From Clostridiales bacterium DTU073 (GTDB taxonomy: Bacteria; Bacillota; Peptococcia; DRI-13; DTU073): a DNA stretch of 62,841 bases. Positions 51,531-62,458 of this stretch are shown here, piece by piece (positions within the stretch are counted from its first letter, which is position 1; the number at the start of each line of letters is the position of its first letter). Both the position numbers and the translations under genes were made by a program. The stretch is from assembly GCA_001512665.1 (NCBI GenBank), contig LFSF01000038.1:104793-167633 (forward strand), written 5' to 3'. A model generated the notes under the pieces. It was given only the letters and a program-made list of their open reading frames with translations. It had not been told where the DNA came from and made no database searches.

Positions 51531-53021
51531 TTATGCAGACATCTCTTTATGAGCAGAGAGAATCTCCCGAAACTCAATTCCACTAATCTTTTCCTTTTTC
51601 TTCAGCACATCTACTACTTTAGAGATTAAAACATTTTTTCCTTGTAGTATTTCACGGGTTTTGGCTTCTAATTCCTTAATAATTTCCTGACAAACTTGAT
51701 AAAACTCCTGTTCCGGCAAAAGTTCTAAAGAAATTACACCTAATCTAGACAATCCACACGATACAATACGCTGAGTAAGTTCCATTGCTTTTTGAAAATC
51801 GTTGGCAGCTCCGGTACTCCTCTCCAGTAAAAACAACTCTTCACTTAATGCACCGGCTAAAAGAATCATGATTTCTCTTTCTAAATCAGACTTAGTATAT
51901 AGTGTTTGTTCTTCTTTTGGTGTATGCCGCACATAACCAAGGGCATTTCCCCTAGATGTTACGGTAATCTGATCTACGGAACCGGGAGTTAAAATTTCAC
52001 TCATTAAGGCATGACCTGCTTCATGGATAGAAACCCTGTGTAAAGTTTGGGCATTTTTAGCCCGATCAGAAAGTTTTTCTCCTAAAATTACTTTATCTAC
52101 GGCTTCCCTTAAATGAACTTGTTTAATCAATCGGCTTTTTTCACGCAAAGCCAAAATCGCAGCTTCATTAGCTACGTTTTCCAAATGAGCTCCTGAAAAT
52201 CCATAGGTACTGGAAGCAATCTCCTCTAGATTAACCTCTTTATCCAGCGGCTTATTCTGACAATGCAATTGCAAAATAGATAAACGGGAATCCTTATCAG
52301 GAAGATCTACTTTAACCTGACGGTCAAAACGCCCGGGGCGTAAAATTGCACTATCCAGCAAATCAGGTCTGTTGGTAGCCGCAATCAGTAATACCTGCAC
52401 ATCGGTTTGCGTATTCATGCCATCCATTTCCACTAACAATTGGTTCAAGGTTTGGTCATATTCCAAATGACTGGTATTATTGCCTCTTTTTCCACCCAAA
52501 ACCTCGATTTCATCAATGAAAATTATCGCGCGGTGTTTCTTTGAGTTTCTGGCCGTTTCCCGAGCCTTTTGGAAAAGGTTTCTTATCCTTTGGGCCCCCA
52601 CACCTGCATACATCTCAATAAATTCACTACCGGAGGTGGCAATAAATACGGCATCAGAATAACCGGCAGCCGCTTTAGCTAAAAGGGTTTTCCCTGTACC
52701 GGGAGGCCCTGTTAAAAGAATACCTTTAATCGGCCTTATTCCCATTTTATTCACGACATTTGACTTAATTAAAAACTCCAGTGCTTCTTTTAATTCCTGT
52801 TTAGGTGTTTCCAAACCACCAATATCATCAAAACTAAATTTAATATTCTCTACCGTCTTTTGAGCAGTGGTAATGTTGATAAGTCCCTTTTTTCTGGAAA
52901 TCACATACAAAAGATACAGTAGAAATGCCAGAATAATAAAGGGTGTAATATCATAGCCAATATAGATTAAATAGGAGAGGCTGCCAAATAACAAACCCAT
53001 GCCAATTTCCATTTTTCTCAT
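51531..53021 (-). CDS. Short FtsH-like AAA+ metalloprotease
   Basis: GPPGTGKT, FIDE, RPGRFDR, HEAGH zinc motif; short N-terminal TM region. Confidence 0.9.
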   Translation of the reverse strand: MRKMEIGMGLLFGSLSYLIYIGYDITPFIILAFLLYLLYVISRKKGLINITTAQKTVENIKFSFDDIGGLETPKQELKEALEFLIKSNVVNKMGIRPIKGILLTGPPGTGKTLLAKAAAGYSDAVFIATSGSEFIEMYAGVGAQRIRNLFQKARETARNSKKHRAIIFIDEIEVLGGKRGNNTSHLEYDQTLNQLLVEMDGMNTQTDVQVLLIAATNRPDLLDSAILRPGRFDRQVKVDLPDKDSRLSILQLHCQNKPLDKEVNLEEIASSTYGFSGAHLENVANEAAILALREKSRLIKQVHLREAVDKVILGEKLSDRAKNAQTLHRVSIHEAGHALMSEILTPGSVDQITVTSRGNALGYVRHTPKEEQTLYTKSDLEREIMILLAGALSEELFLLERSTGAANDFQKAMELTQRIVSCGLSRLGVISLELLPEQEFYQVCQEIIKELEAKTREILQGKNVLISKVVDVLKKKEKISGIEFREILSAHKEMSA

Positions 53022-53581
53022 ACGTACTCCTCCCCCATTGTCGTAATAATACGATAAGGTAAATCTCTACTATTGATCACTAAATGTGCATATTCATCAC
53101 CTTTATTGGCCGTTACAAAGACAAATTGATTGTCCATTTCTAATTCATAATCTATTTCTTCGTTTTGTGATAATACTGTAAGCTGTTGTGGAAGAGCAGT
53201 AAAATGTCCCGTGTTTATAGCTTCATAAATAGGTAATTTCGCTGCTTTAAGAAATTTTGCCAACTCTTTATTATTAGAATTATTCTTAATATTGACCACA
53301 CAATTTACAACACTATTACTCTTTTGCTCTTCTATTTTATTTAACAAGTTATAAAAACTAGGTTGTAACCCTTTCTGTGAATTAAAATGCGCTGTAATAT
53401 AAAGACTAGTATCGCTTTCTTCAAAATGACATATTTCTACGGTTTCAATCTCGCTAAGCGCTTTTTCTATAGGATTAACATAAATATAACTATCGTATAA
53501 ATAAGTTCCACCAACCAATAGTCCAAAACTTGTTATACCTATAGCTATAATTACGAAAATACGTAAAATTCTCCGCGACAT
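53018..53581 (-). CDS. Membrane-anchored hypothetical protein coupled to the FtsH-like gene
   Basis: Single N-terminal TM; ATGA overlap with the next gene; GGAGG RBS. Confidence 0.75.
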   Translation of the reverse strand: MSRRILRIFVIIAIGITSFGLLVGGTYLYDSYIYVNPIEKALSEIETVEICHFEESDTSLYITAHFNSQKGLQPSFYNLLNKIEEQKSNSVVNCVVNIKNNSNNKELAKFLKAAKLPIYEAINTGHFTALPQQLTVLSQNEEIDYELEMDNQFVFVTANKGDEYAHLVINSRDLPYRIITTMGEEYV

Positions 53582-53670
53582 AACTGACTCCCCTCCCTTC
53601 AAAGTTACTTATACATTATATCATGGCAACCCCTGATTTTCCTTAGTTAAAGGATGGAAATAAAGCGGTG

Positions 53671-53944
53671 TAGACTGTTCTGGATGAAGCACAGAAACTC
53701 TAAACTTCCTTGTTTATGTTAAAATGTAGGCTGCACCGTTTAGAGTTTCATAGCGAAAGACAGGTAAACAGACTGTACGAAGACAAATTAAGAAAGCAGA
53801 GGGACGAACACGACGTGAGTCCCAGCTCTCGCATGTACACGAAGGTACGATCGAGAGCGGTCTGCTTTCTTTTTTGTCGAGTGCTAGTCTGTTCTGGATG
53901 GAGCACAGAAACTCTAAACGGTGCAGCCTACATTTTACATAAAC
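53671..53944. repeat. Structured palindromic element (MITE/REP-like or ncRNA) plus a partial direct copy
   Basis: 30-bp perfect IR (53720-53749 / 53908-53937) extended by 7 bp after a bulge; nested inner stems; 35-bp direct repeat 53671-53705 vs 53885-53919. Confidence 0.8.
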
Positions 53945-54369
53945 CCCCAATACATTAACCCTGCTATAATCAAACGCGAAATTATCCCTGCAGCCAAATC
54001 ATCGGCCATCACTCCCCATCCTCGTGGAAGTGCTTGCAAAGTCCTTACCGGCACCGGTTTTAAAATATCAAAAATACGAAATAAAACAAACGCAGTAATA
54101 AATTGCGGTATCGTATATAACTGCCAAGTAGCACAAAAGACACCACAAAATTCATCAAAAACTATATGGGGACAATCATGTTTTTGAAAAATCAGCTCAC
54201 CTTGCGTGCAAATATAAACGCCCGCAATAATTAACAACAGTATAGCTAACAAATCTAGCCTTAAAAACCAGGCGATGATAATCGCAAACAAACTTCCCAC
54301 TGTTCCGGGACAATAAGGTGAAAGTCCGGTATAAAAGCCAGATGCTAAAAACTTTATTATTCCGTTCAT
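53935..54369 (-). CDS. pgpA: Phosphatidylglycerophosphatase A
   Basis: PGTVGS, HD...IVFDEF.G, FRIFDILKP, GWGVMADD..AG. Confidence 0.92.
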   Translation of the reverse strand: MNGIIKFLASGFYTGLSPYCPGTVGSLFAIIIAWFLRLDLLAILLLIIAGVYICTQGELIFQKHDCPHIVFDEFCGVFCATWQLYTIPQFITAFVLFRIFDILKPVPVRTLQALPRGWGVMADDLAAGIISRLIIAGLMYWGFM

Positions 54370-54890
54370 TCCACTTTTAACCTTATCTTTTTCCTAGCAT
54401 TCAAATAATAATCAATCCCGGACCAAAGAGTAAAGATCACGGCAATATACATGAGATATATGCCAAAAGTAAAATTAAGAAGCGTTACGGTAATGGCAAC
54501 AATTTGGGAAATGGTTTTTAATTTACCTAATTTACTAGCGGCAATAATCACACCTTCAGCAGCAGCAATCGTACGCAGACCTGTAACAAAAAACTCCCGA
54601 CCAATGATAATAAAAGCAATCCAACCGGAAATATCCCCTGATTCAACTAAAACAATCAAAGCCGACGTAATTAATAGTTTGTCTGCTAACGGATCCATTA
54701 GTTTACCCAGATTAGTTATTTGTTTACGCTTACGGGCTATATAACCGTCTAAACCATCGGTACTCGCCGCAATAATAAAAATGGCTGTAGCGATATATTG
54801 ACCATAAGGTATGCTTATTAAAAAAATCAACAAAAATATTGGTATTAGAAAAATCCTTAATAATGTAAGCTTATTCGGTAAATTCATCAA
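54366..54890 (-). CDS. pgsA: CDP-diacylglycerol--glycerol-3-phosphate phosphatidyltransferase
   Basis: NLPNKLT, TDGLDGYIAR, DPLADK. Confidence 0.95.
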   Translation of the reverse strand: MMNLPNKLTLLRIFLIPIFLLIFLISIPYGQYIATAIFIIAASTDGLDGYIARKRKQITNLGKLMDPLADKLLITSALIVLVESGDISGWIAFIIIGREFFVTGLRTIAAAEGVIIAASKLGKLKTISQIVAITVTLLNFTFGIYLMYIAVIFTLWSGIDYYLNARKKIRLKVE

Positions 54891-56223
54891 TAATCTCCCC
54901 CATTAGAGCGTAATTTTCGCTGTGGGTAATTTTAATCTTTATTATATCACCCGATTTAGTCTTAGGCCCTGGTATAAAATAAACAACTCCATCTATTTCC
55001 GGAGAATCCCCTCTGGTTCTGCCTTCCCAAAGTCCTTCATAATCCAAGCTTACACCATCAACAATTATTTCAACTTGTTTATTCAGAAATTGCGCCTGTT
55101 TGTCTGCTAAGATTTCATCCTGTAATTGCCTAGCTTTTTCCAAACGTCTTTGCTTTTCCTCCATACTGATTTGTCTAGGCAATAAAGCAGCAGGGGTATC
55201 CGGCTCTTGAGAATAAGCAAAAAATCCGGCACGGTCAAATTTCACTTCCTGCAGAAAAGCCAATAACTCCTTAAATTGTTCATGAGTCTCTCCCGGAAAA
55301 CCAACAATAAATGTAGAACGTAAAACTATATTAGGAATAAGTTCTCTGACCTTCTTTATTAAATCTAAAATTTGAGCCTTACTCATAGACCTTCCCATTG
55401 CCCTTAAAATAGGATCGGAAATATGTTGTAACGGAAGATCTAAATACTTACATATTTTTTCTTCATCCTTTATCGTTTGTAAAAGCTCAGTTGTGATATG
55501 TTCAGGATAACAATAATGAATTCTCAACCAACGAAGCTGGGGAATTTTCACAAGCTCCCGCAGTAATTGTGGTAATAAATATCTCCCTGCTGAATCCTTC
55601 CCAAAATATGTCGTATCTTGAGCAATCAAAATTATTTCCTTCACACCATTATCCACAAGCCCTTGAACTTCATCAACAATTGACTCGATGGTTCTACTTC
55701 TATATCTTCCTTTTAATTGAGGAATAACGCAATAGGTACAACAGTTATTACAACCCTCCGCTATTTTTACATAAGCATAAGATCTCACCTGTGAATAATC
55801 CCTCTTAACATCATCATCATAAAGATAATTTTCCGGTCTTGTAACCTTTAACACTGGTTTGTCTTTGTTTAACGAAGCTAACATCTCGGGCAACTCTAAG
55901 ATATCACCGGTACCCAGAAACAGATCTACTTCCGGCAAAGAATCTTTCAATTCATGTGCATATTTCTGTACTAAACAACCGACCATGATCAAGTACTTAC
56001 AGACTCCGGTTGTTTTATACCGGGCAAGTTCTAAAATTGTATCAATAGACTCTTGTTTAGCACTTTCTATAAAACCACATGTATTGAGAAGGATAATTTC
56101 TGCACGAGCTAAATCATCTACCGGAATAAAACCTTTATTTTTTAATAAACCTTGTATTTGCTCACTATCAACAGAGTTTTTTGCACAGCCTAAAGTAATA
56201 ATTTTAAAATGTTGCTGTGTCAT
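54871..56223 (-). CDS. rimO: Ribosomal protein S12 methylthiotransferase RimO
   Basis: LGCAKNSVDSE, NTCGFI, CNNCCTYC, PEIDG. Confidence 0.95.
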   Translation of the reverse strand: MTQQHFKIITLGCAKNSVDSEQIQGLLKNKGFIPVDDLARAEIILLNTCGFIESAKQESIDTILELARYKTTGVCKYLIMVGCLVQKYAHELKDSLPEVDLFLGTGDILELPEMLASLNKDKPVLKVTRPENYLYDDDVKRDYSQVRSYAYVKIAEGCNNCCTYCVIPQLKGRYRSRTIESIVDEVQGLVDNGVKEIILIAQDTTYFGKDSAGRYLLPQLLRELVKIPQLRWLRIHYCYPEHITTELLQTIKDEEKICKYLDLPLQHISDPILRAMGRSMSKAQILDLIKKVRELIPNIVLRSTFIVGFPGETHEQFKELLAFLQEVKFDRAGFFAYSQEPDTPAALLPRQISMEEKQRRLEKARQLQDEILADKQAQFLNKQVEIIVDGVSLDYEGLWEGRTRGDSPEIDGVVYFIPGPKTKSGDIIKIKITHSENYALMGEIIDEFTE

Positions 56224-56279
56224 TTACTGCCTCCTGTCCCAAAAATATAAATTTAGTATATAATACGGCTTTACTGAAG

Positions 56280-57080
56280 TCAAAGCTCTTTTATTTCGGC
56301 ATCCTCTAAAATATAAGTCTTGATCACCACAGCTCCTATTTCACCAAGTACACCTAAATCTCTACCATTTAAAAACACCTGCACTTGACCGGCATTACCT
56401 AATTTAACAGAAATTTTTTGCCGATCAGTAAAACTAAGTTCCTCGCCTTTAACAATCGTCCTGCGATAAATAAATTCATCAGCGTTATTTTTTACTTCAA
56501 CCCAACAACGATCGTCAATACATTTTAATGTTAATTCAATCATCTCTATTTCTTCATCCTGAGTTTGACCTTGTTCAGGTGGGTATCCTTCAAAATCTGT
56601 CACATCTGGTTGTTCCTGCTCTTGTTCCCATTCAGTTAGTTCTTGTTCATCATCTTCAACTTGTTCTTCTTGTAGTACAATCCCTTTATCCTCACTGTTA
56701 GGAAAAGGATTTAAATATTGTTGATAGATAGTTGACATTGCAAATAATAAAACTATCGATAATATCCCCAGTACTATTCCGGTTTTACGTTGTGGAGCAG
56801 ATTTTAGCTCAATTTTTTCCGGAGGAGGCTGTTGTGGCTGAGGTTTCGGTTTAAGGTCGTTTATTAAATACAAAACATATTCACTCTTTTCTAATCCTAA
56901 ATAACGACAATACGTTCTTAGAAAACTTTTCATATAGATATAATTAGGAAAAACCGTCCACAGTTCATTTTCCATAGCTTCTATATAATCTTTTCTTATT
57001 TTTGTCTCATTGGCCACTTGTTCTATCGTCAAAGATTTTTGAAGTCTAGTTTTTCTAAGAATGTCACCAAGCCTTTCCAC
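56280..57080 (-). CDS. rodZ: RodZ-like HTH / TM / DUF4115 protein
   Basis: N-terminal HTH (ETKIR..YIEAME), TM segment, CWVEV...LGNAG. Confidence 0.85.
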   Translation of the reverse strand: MERLGDILRKTRLQKSLTIEQVANETKIRKDYIEAMENELWTVFPNYIYMKSFLRTYCRYLGLEKSEYVLYLINDLKPKPQPQQPPPEKIELKSAPQRKTGIVLGILSIVLLFAMSTIYQQYLNPFPNSEDKGIVLQEEQVEDDEQELTEWEQEQEQPDVTDFEGYPPEQGQTQDEEIEMIELTLKCIDDRCWVEVKNNADEFIYRRTIVKGEELSFTDRQKISVKLGNAGQVQVFLNGRDLGVLGEIGAVVIKTYILEDAEIKEL

Positions 57081-57220
57081 ATTTTCGCCTCCTCTCTTTT
57101 TAATTTATTTTTCTTATTAACTTATTAATTATTTTAAAGTGCACACTCATTCATTATATTTCTTTCACCAAAGAAGTTCTATAAATATATCACAATTTTA
57201 TTGTCCAGATCTTTGCAGAT

Positions 57221-59449
57221 TTAATTATCCTTGCCAAATTCCTTATAATACTCATCCCAATTCATCAGGATGGCACGTGGTTTACTACCTTCATAACTGC
57301 CAACGATCCCCTTATCTTCTAATTGATCTATAATTCTTGCCGCTCTGGTATAACCGATTCTTAAACGTCGTTGCAGAAGCGAAATTGATGCCTGTCCACT
57401 TTCAATAAACAGCCTGGTCGCTTCAGCCAATAAAGCGTCTTCCTCCTCTTCAGATGAATTATTTGTCTCAGTTTCTTCTGTATCCCAAGATTCAACATAA
57501 TCAACAGACTTATTTTGGGCCTTAAGATATTCTACGAGAAGTTCAATTTCCTGATCAGAAACATATACTCCCTGAACTCTAATAGGTTTCGCCATTCCCG
57601 TAGGATAAAACAGCATGTCTCCTCGACCTAATAACCGTTCTGCACCGCCCATATCTAAGATTGTACGAGAATCAGTTTGCGAAGAAACAGCAAAAGCAAT
57701 TCTGGAAGGAATATTTGCTTTTATTACTCCGGTAATAATGTCAACTGAAGGTCTTTGTGTCGCTACAACTAAATGAATTCCGGCGGCCCTAGCCATTTGG
57801 GCAATTCGGCAAATAGCATCTTCCACATCAGCCGGCGCAACCATCATCAAATCCGCTAATTCATCAATTAAAACAACAATGTAAGGTAATTGCGGGGGCT
57901 TTTCATCTGAAGTCTCTTTTTGTAAAGCTTGATTATAACGCTGTATATCCTTTACACCCATTCCGGCAAAAAGTTCATACCTGCTTTCCATTTCATGAAC
58001 AACCCAACGCAAAGCACTGGCGGCTTTCTTAGGATCAGTAACTACAGGGGCAAGTAAATGAGGCACCCCATTATATGTAGAAAGCTCCACAACCTTGGGG
58101 TCAATCATAATCAATTTTACTTCATGGGGATAAGCCTTATATAAAATACTGGCAATTAAAGAATTCATACAAACACTTTTTCCCGAACCTGTAGCACCGG
58201 CAATCAACAGATGAGGCATTTTGCCTAAATCAGCCACAATGGGATTCCCGGCTATATCCTTACCTAAAGCAACCGTTAATTTAGAACTGGAATCCTGAAA
58301 ATGTCCACTTTCTAAAACTTCCCGTAAAGTTACCATGGCTATTTGTTCATTAGGTACTTCTATCCCTACGGCAGCTTTACCCGGAATAGGGGCTTCAATG
58401 CGCACTTGCGGTGTGGCTAAAGAAAGGGCGATGTCGTCTGCAAGATTAACAATCCGACTAACTTTAACTCCTGAAGGAGGCTGGATTTCAAATCTGGTAA
58501 TACTAGGTCCTCTGCTCACTTGAGTAACTTTAGCTTTAACATCAAAGCTTTCTAAAGTTTCTTCCAAGGTCCTTATTTTATCGGTTATATCTTTATTTAA
58601 TCTGGAACTCTTAACTTTTGGCGAACTCTTTAATAAATCCAGCGGCGGTAGACGAAATTCAGAATAATCGGTTTGCTTAACCTCCTGATTCGCAAAATTA
58701 TCATTTTTGACGATAACCGGAGATGTATGAATATTAGCGATTTCCGGTTCTTCATCTTCATCTTCTTCTTTTTCATTTTCATAATGATTAATAATCACCG
58801 GTTTATGTAAATTTTTATCCGACTTATTTTTAGTTCTTTTTTTAATTTTATTTTCTTCATCTTCTTCATACTCTTCAAAAAGAAAATCAATCAAACCTTC
58901 CCATGTATTAACAAAAAAACTCCTTAACCAAACAAAAAACTGTTTAACTAAATCACCTAAACTTTTCTTCAGAATGCCTACAACAGAAGCAATAATCAAT
59001 ACAACCAAAAAGATATATGACCCGCCACTGCCAAAAAGCAGTACCGAAAAGCGTGAAACAAGCGCACCAATAATTCCTCCGCCGGCACCTGCCCATCCGG
59101 AAGCTAATGTCTGAGCTTCTATCGGTTGTTCTAAATGAAGCAAGGCTAAAATTGACAACAAAATTACTATTATTGAACAAAAAGCAAGGTAATCAATTTT
59201 CAACCTTTTGACTAATTTGCCAATTCCGGCGATGAAAAGAATTATGGGGATAAGTATTTTTCCTGTACCACATAAGCTATTTAATATATAGCACATAAAA
59301 TTTCCAATGGCGCCGATAGAAAAAGAAGGCTCACTATCAAAACTTTCCTGCCATAAACAGAAGAAAAGAAAGATCGATAACGCCAAAAGAAAAATACCCA
59401 TTAGTTCTTGTTTTATTTCATTTTTAGTTGACGTTTTGACTTTAGGCAT
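57221..59449 (-). CDS. ftsK: DNA translocase FtsK/SpoIIIE
   Basis: N-terminal TMs, [21 protein letters not shown], gamma domain [14 protein letters not shown]. Confidence 0.96.
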   Translation of the reverse strand: MPKVKTSTKNEIKQELMGIFLLALSIFLFFCLWQESFDSEPSFSIGAIGNFMCYILNSLCGTGKILIPIILFIAGIGKLVKRLKIDYLAFCSIIVILLSILALLHLEQPIEAQTLASGWAGAGGGIIGALVSRFSVLLFGSGGSYIFLVVLIIASVVGILKKSLGDLVKQFFVWLRSFFVNTWEGLIDFLFEEYEEDEENKIKKRTKNKSDKNLHKPVIINHYENEKEEDEDEEPEIANIHTSPVIVKNDNFANQEVKQTDYSEFRLPPLDLLKSSPKVKSSRLNKDITDKIRTLEETLESFDVKAKVTQVSRGPSITRFEIQPPSGVKVSRIVNLADDIALSLATPQVRIEAPIPGKAAVGIEVPNEQIAMVTLREVLESGHFQDSSSKLTVALGKDIAGNPIVADLGKMPHLLIAGATGSGKSVCMNSLIASILYKAYPHEVKLIMIDPKVVELSTYNGVPHLLAPVVTDPKKAASALRWVVHEMESRYELFAGMGVKDIQRYNQALQKETSDEKPPQLPYIVVLIDELADLMMVAPADVEDAICRIAQMARAAGIHLVVATQRPSVDIITGVIKANIPSRIAFAVSSQTDSRTILDMGGAERLLGRGDMLFYPTGMAKPIRVQGVYVSDQEIELLVEYLKAQNKSVDYVESWDTEETETNNSSEEEEDALLAEATRLFIESGQASISLLQRRLRIGYTRAARIIDQLEDKGIVGSYEGSKPRAILMNWDEYYKEFGKDN

Positions 59450-59474
59450 AATTTCACCTCATTACTATATTTTA

Positions 59475-59678
59475 CTATATTATTTTACTCCCCGGTTGAC
59501 AAGCACTATTTAAAAAATGAGCCGGGTCAGTACTTAATACTCTCTCTACTACATTTGTTCCCTGTACTACTTTCATTTGTACCGGTATTCCCTGCACTAA
59601 ACCTTCCATAATTTGTATTTTATCACGTTCTTCCACGTACCATAATACTTCCGGCGGTACTGGTGTATAAATTATCAT
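59475..59678 (-). CDS. ylzJ: YlzJ-like protein
   Basis: [16 protein letters not shown]....PG; lies between tepA and spoIIIE. Confidence 0.85.
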   Translation of the reverse strand: MIIYTPVPPEVLWYVEERDKIQIMEGLVQGIPVQMKVVQGTNVVERVLSTDPAHFLNSACQPGSKII

Positions 59679-60406
59679 TGTAATGGCCTACCTCCCGTTT
59701 TTTTAAGTTTGATTAATTCCTTAAGTTTATTTACAGCTTGTGAAAGACTGCCTAATTCATCGATTAAGCCAATATTAACAGCATCTTTACCTACTAATAC
59801 CGTACCAATATCTCGTGCAAGATCACCTGTGCGAAACATCAATTCACGGAAATCTTTTTGGGAAATCTTAGAATGTTTTTCCACAAACTGAACCACTCGA
59901 TCCTGCATTTTATCTAAGTATTCATACGTCTGGGGAACACCGATAACCAATCCCGTCAACCGTATAGGATGAATGGTCATAGTTGCAGTATGTGTAATAA
60001 AAGAATAATCTGCAGCTACGGCTATAGGCACACCGATACTATGACCTCCTCCTAAAACAATCGAAACCGTTGGTTTAGACAATCCGTCAATTATTTCTGC
60101 TATAGCTAATCCAGCCTCCACATCTCCACCAACCGTATTTAAAATAATCAATAATCCCTCAATTTGCGAACTTTGTTCTACTGCTACCAATTGAGGAATT
60201 ATATGTTCGTATTTTGTAGTTTTATTTTGTGGAGGTAAAATCAAATGACCTTCTATTTGACCAACAATAGTTAAACAATGAATGTTTGATGTTGTCTCCT
60301 CAGGAACCTGTGAAACCCCCAGTTCCTTTATATTTTCATTTACTAATTGCTTAGTATTTTGCTCTTGTGTAAATTCATTAGTTATTAATGTTCTTTTTCG
60401 TGGCAA
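59675..60406 (-). CDS. tepA: ClpP-like protease TepA
   Basis: [33 protein letters not shown]. Confidence 0.92.
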   Translation of the reverse strand: MPRKRTLITNEFTQEQNTKQLVNENIKELGVSQVPEETTSNIHCLTIVGQIEGHLILPPQNKTTKYEHIIPQLVAVEQSSQIEGLLIILNTVGGDVEAGLAIAEIIDGLSKPTVSIVLGGGHSIGVPIAVAADYSFITHTATMTIHPIRLTGLVIGVPQTYEYLDKMQDRVVQFVEKHSKISQKDFRELMFRTGDLARDIGTVLVGKDAVNIGLIDELGSLSQAVNKLKELIKLKKTGGRPLQ

Positions 60407-60458
60407 AGAATCTTCTCCCCTCTATAATTAATCTCTTTGCTAGCATGCGTAATTGTAT

Positions 60459-60487
60459 AAAAAAAATGCGTTACTAAGAACGCATTT
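60459..60487 (-). terminator. rnj terminator
   Basis: AAATGCGTT/AACGCATTT stem plus T tract on the - strand. Confidence 0.6.
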
Positions 60488-60529
60488 ATCATATAACCTA
60501 TACTTCTATCATTATTAATGATATTAAAT

Positions 60530-62194
60530 TTAAACCTCCATGATAATAGGTATAATCATGGGCCGCCTCTTTGTTTTTTCATAAAGAAATTTACCTAATG
60601 TATCCCTGATTTGAGATTTAATTGTCGACCAATCGGTAATACCCTTTTCAAAACAATTATCTAAGACAATTTTCACCTTTTCTCTGGATTCTTCCATTAG
60701 TTCTTCCGACTCCCGCACATAAACAAAACCGCGGGATATCACATCCGGACCTGAGAGCACTAAATTTGCCTCTTTATCAATAGTAACCACAATAATAAAA
60801 ATACCGTCTTGAGATAACTGTTTTCTATCTCGTAAAACAATATTACCAACATCGCCCACGCCTAACCCGTCAATCAGAATTCTCCCAGAGGTTACTCTAC
60901 CATTAATCACACCTTTTTTAGAACTAAACTCTAATATCTGTCCATTTTCAGCGACAAAAATGTTTTCCTCAGGTATACCCAATTGAGCAGCCAGTTTGGC
61001 ATGTTTGACCAAGTGACGATATTCTCCGTGTACAGGAACAAAGAACTTAGGTTTTACTAAATTAAGCATTAATTTTAATTCTTCCTGACTGGCATGACCC
61101 GAAACATGAATACCACTTACAGATTCATAAATCACCTCAGCTCCTAAATAAAAAAGCTGATTTATTGTTTTAGCTACTAATTTTTCATTTCCAGGTATGG
61201 GATGAGCAGATATAATCACCGTATCACCAGGAGATATTTTTACTCTTTTATGATCAGCCATAGCCATCCTAGTCAAGGCAGACATCGGTTCACCCTGACT
61301 TCCTGTAGTAAGGATAGTAATCCGCTCATTAGGATAAGAAAAGATTTCATCTATACTTAATAAAACATTTTCCGGGATAGTTAAATACCCTGTTTCATGA
61401 GCAATAGTAGCTACATTAACCATACTTCTACCTACGATAGCCACTTTTCGGTTGTATTTATAGGCGGCATTAATCACCTGTTGAATACGGTGTACATTTG
61501 AAGCAAAAGTGGCGACAATAATTCTCTCTTTAGCATTACGGAAAATCTCGTCAAATGATTCACCAACGGCACGTTCAGAAAGTGTATAACCGGGCCGTTC
61601 AACATTCGTACTATCAGATAGTAAAACAAGTACTCCTTTTTTACCATATTCGGCAATAGTAGCAAAATCTGTGACTTCTCCATCCACAGGAGTTTGGTCG
61701 AATTTAAAATCAGCCGCATGTAAGACTACTCCTACCGGAGTATGAATTGCTAATCCAACAGCATCAGGGATACTGTGACTAACCTTAAAAAACTCCACAC
61801 TTAAATGTTTGCCTAGTTTAATTTTGTCTTTTGGTTGTACAGGTATTAATTTAACATTAGCTATATCGTTTTCTTTTAACTTTTCTTCAACCAACCCTAG
61901 GGTAAGTCTAGTCCCATATACGGGAACATTAATTTCCTTTAACACATAGGGTAATGCCCCAATATGATCTTCATGACCATGTGTTAGGATAATACCTTTG
62001 ATCATATCCTTATTTTCAATTAAAAAAGTAATATCGGGAATAACAATATCTATTCCCAGTAATTCATCCTCAGGGAATGATAGTCCGGCATCAATCACCA
62101 TGATTTCCTTATCATAACGAACGGCCATCATATTTTTCCCGATCTCTCCAAGGCCGCCCAAAGGAATCAATGCTAGTTTGTTTTTTTCAGCCAT
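60530..62194 (-). CDS. rnj: Ribonuclease J
   Basis: LGGLGEIGKN, THGHEDHIG, TGSQGEP, HVSGH. Confidence 0.97.
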   Translation of the reverse strand: MAEKNKLALIPLGGLGEIGKNMMAVRYDKEIMVIDAGLSFPEDELLGIDIVIPDITFLIENKDMIKGIILTHGHEDHIGALPYVLKEINVPVYGTRLTLGLVEEKLKENDIANVKLIPVQPKDKIKLGKHLSVEFFKVSHSIPDAVGLAIHTPVGVVLHAADFKFDQTPVDGEVTDFATIAEYGKKGVLVLLSDSTNVERPGYTLSERAVGESFDEIFRNAKERIIVATFASNVHRIQQVINAAYKYNRKVAIVGRSMVNVATIAHETGYLTIPENVLLSIDEIFSYPNERITILTTGSQGEPMSALTRMAMADHKRVKISPGDTVIISAHPIPGNEKLVAKTINQLFYLGAEVIYESVSGIHVSGHASQEELKLMLNLVKPKFFVPVHGEYRHLVKHAKLAAQLGIPEENIFVAENGQILEFSSKKGVINGRVTSGRILIDGLGVGDVGNIVLRDRKQLSQDGIFIIVVTIDKEANLVLSGPDVISRGFVYVRESEELMEESREKVKIVLDNCFEKGITDWSTIKSQIRDTLGKFLYEKTKRRPMIIPIIMEV

Positions 62195-62458
62195 TATAAA
62201 CCTCCTTATTAATTTTTAAATAGTATGCACAAAATAACAACGAATCCATAAAGCTTTTGCTTTGTAATCCGCTCATAGATTAAAATTTATAATATGAAAA
62301 AAACCTTCTCTGACGTCCGATCAGAAGGTTTTTCATACCCCAAAAATACCGCTCTGATTAGCCACTTGCTATATTATAACCCATTTTCAAAGCAGATACA
62401 AGCAACCAAAAAATTAGCTATTTTTGGTTGCTTACTAATTTTATATATTTTTTTATTA

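Noticed and set aside
53738..53749. GTTTAGAG resembles the start of type II CRISPR repeats
   Set aside because: No regularly spaced repeat-spacer array and no cas genes in the window.
53710..53958. Two antiparallel ~80-aa ORFs with near-identical ends (KCRLHRLEF...ETLNGAAYIL)
   Set aside because: Artefact of the terminal inverted repeat; no RBS, and both overlap pgpA.
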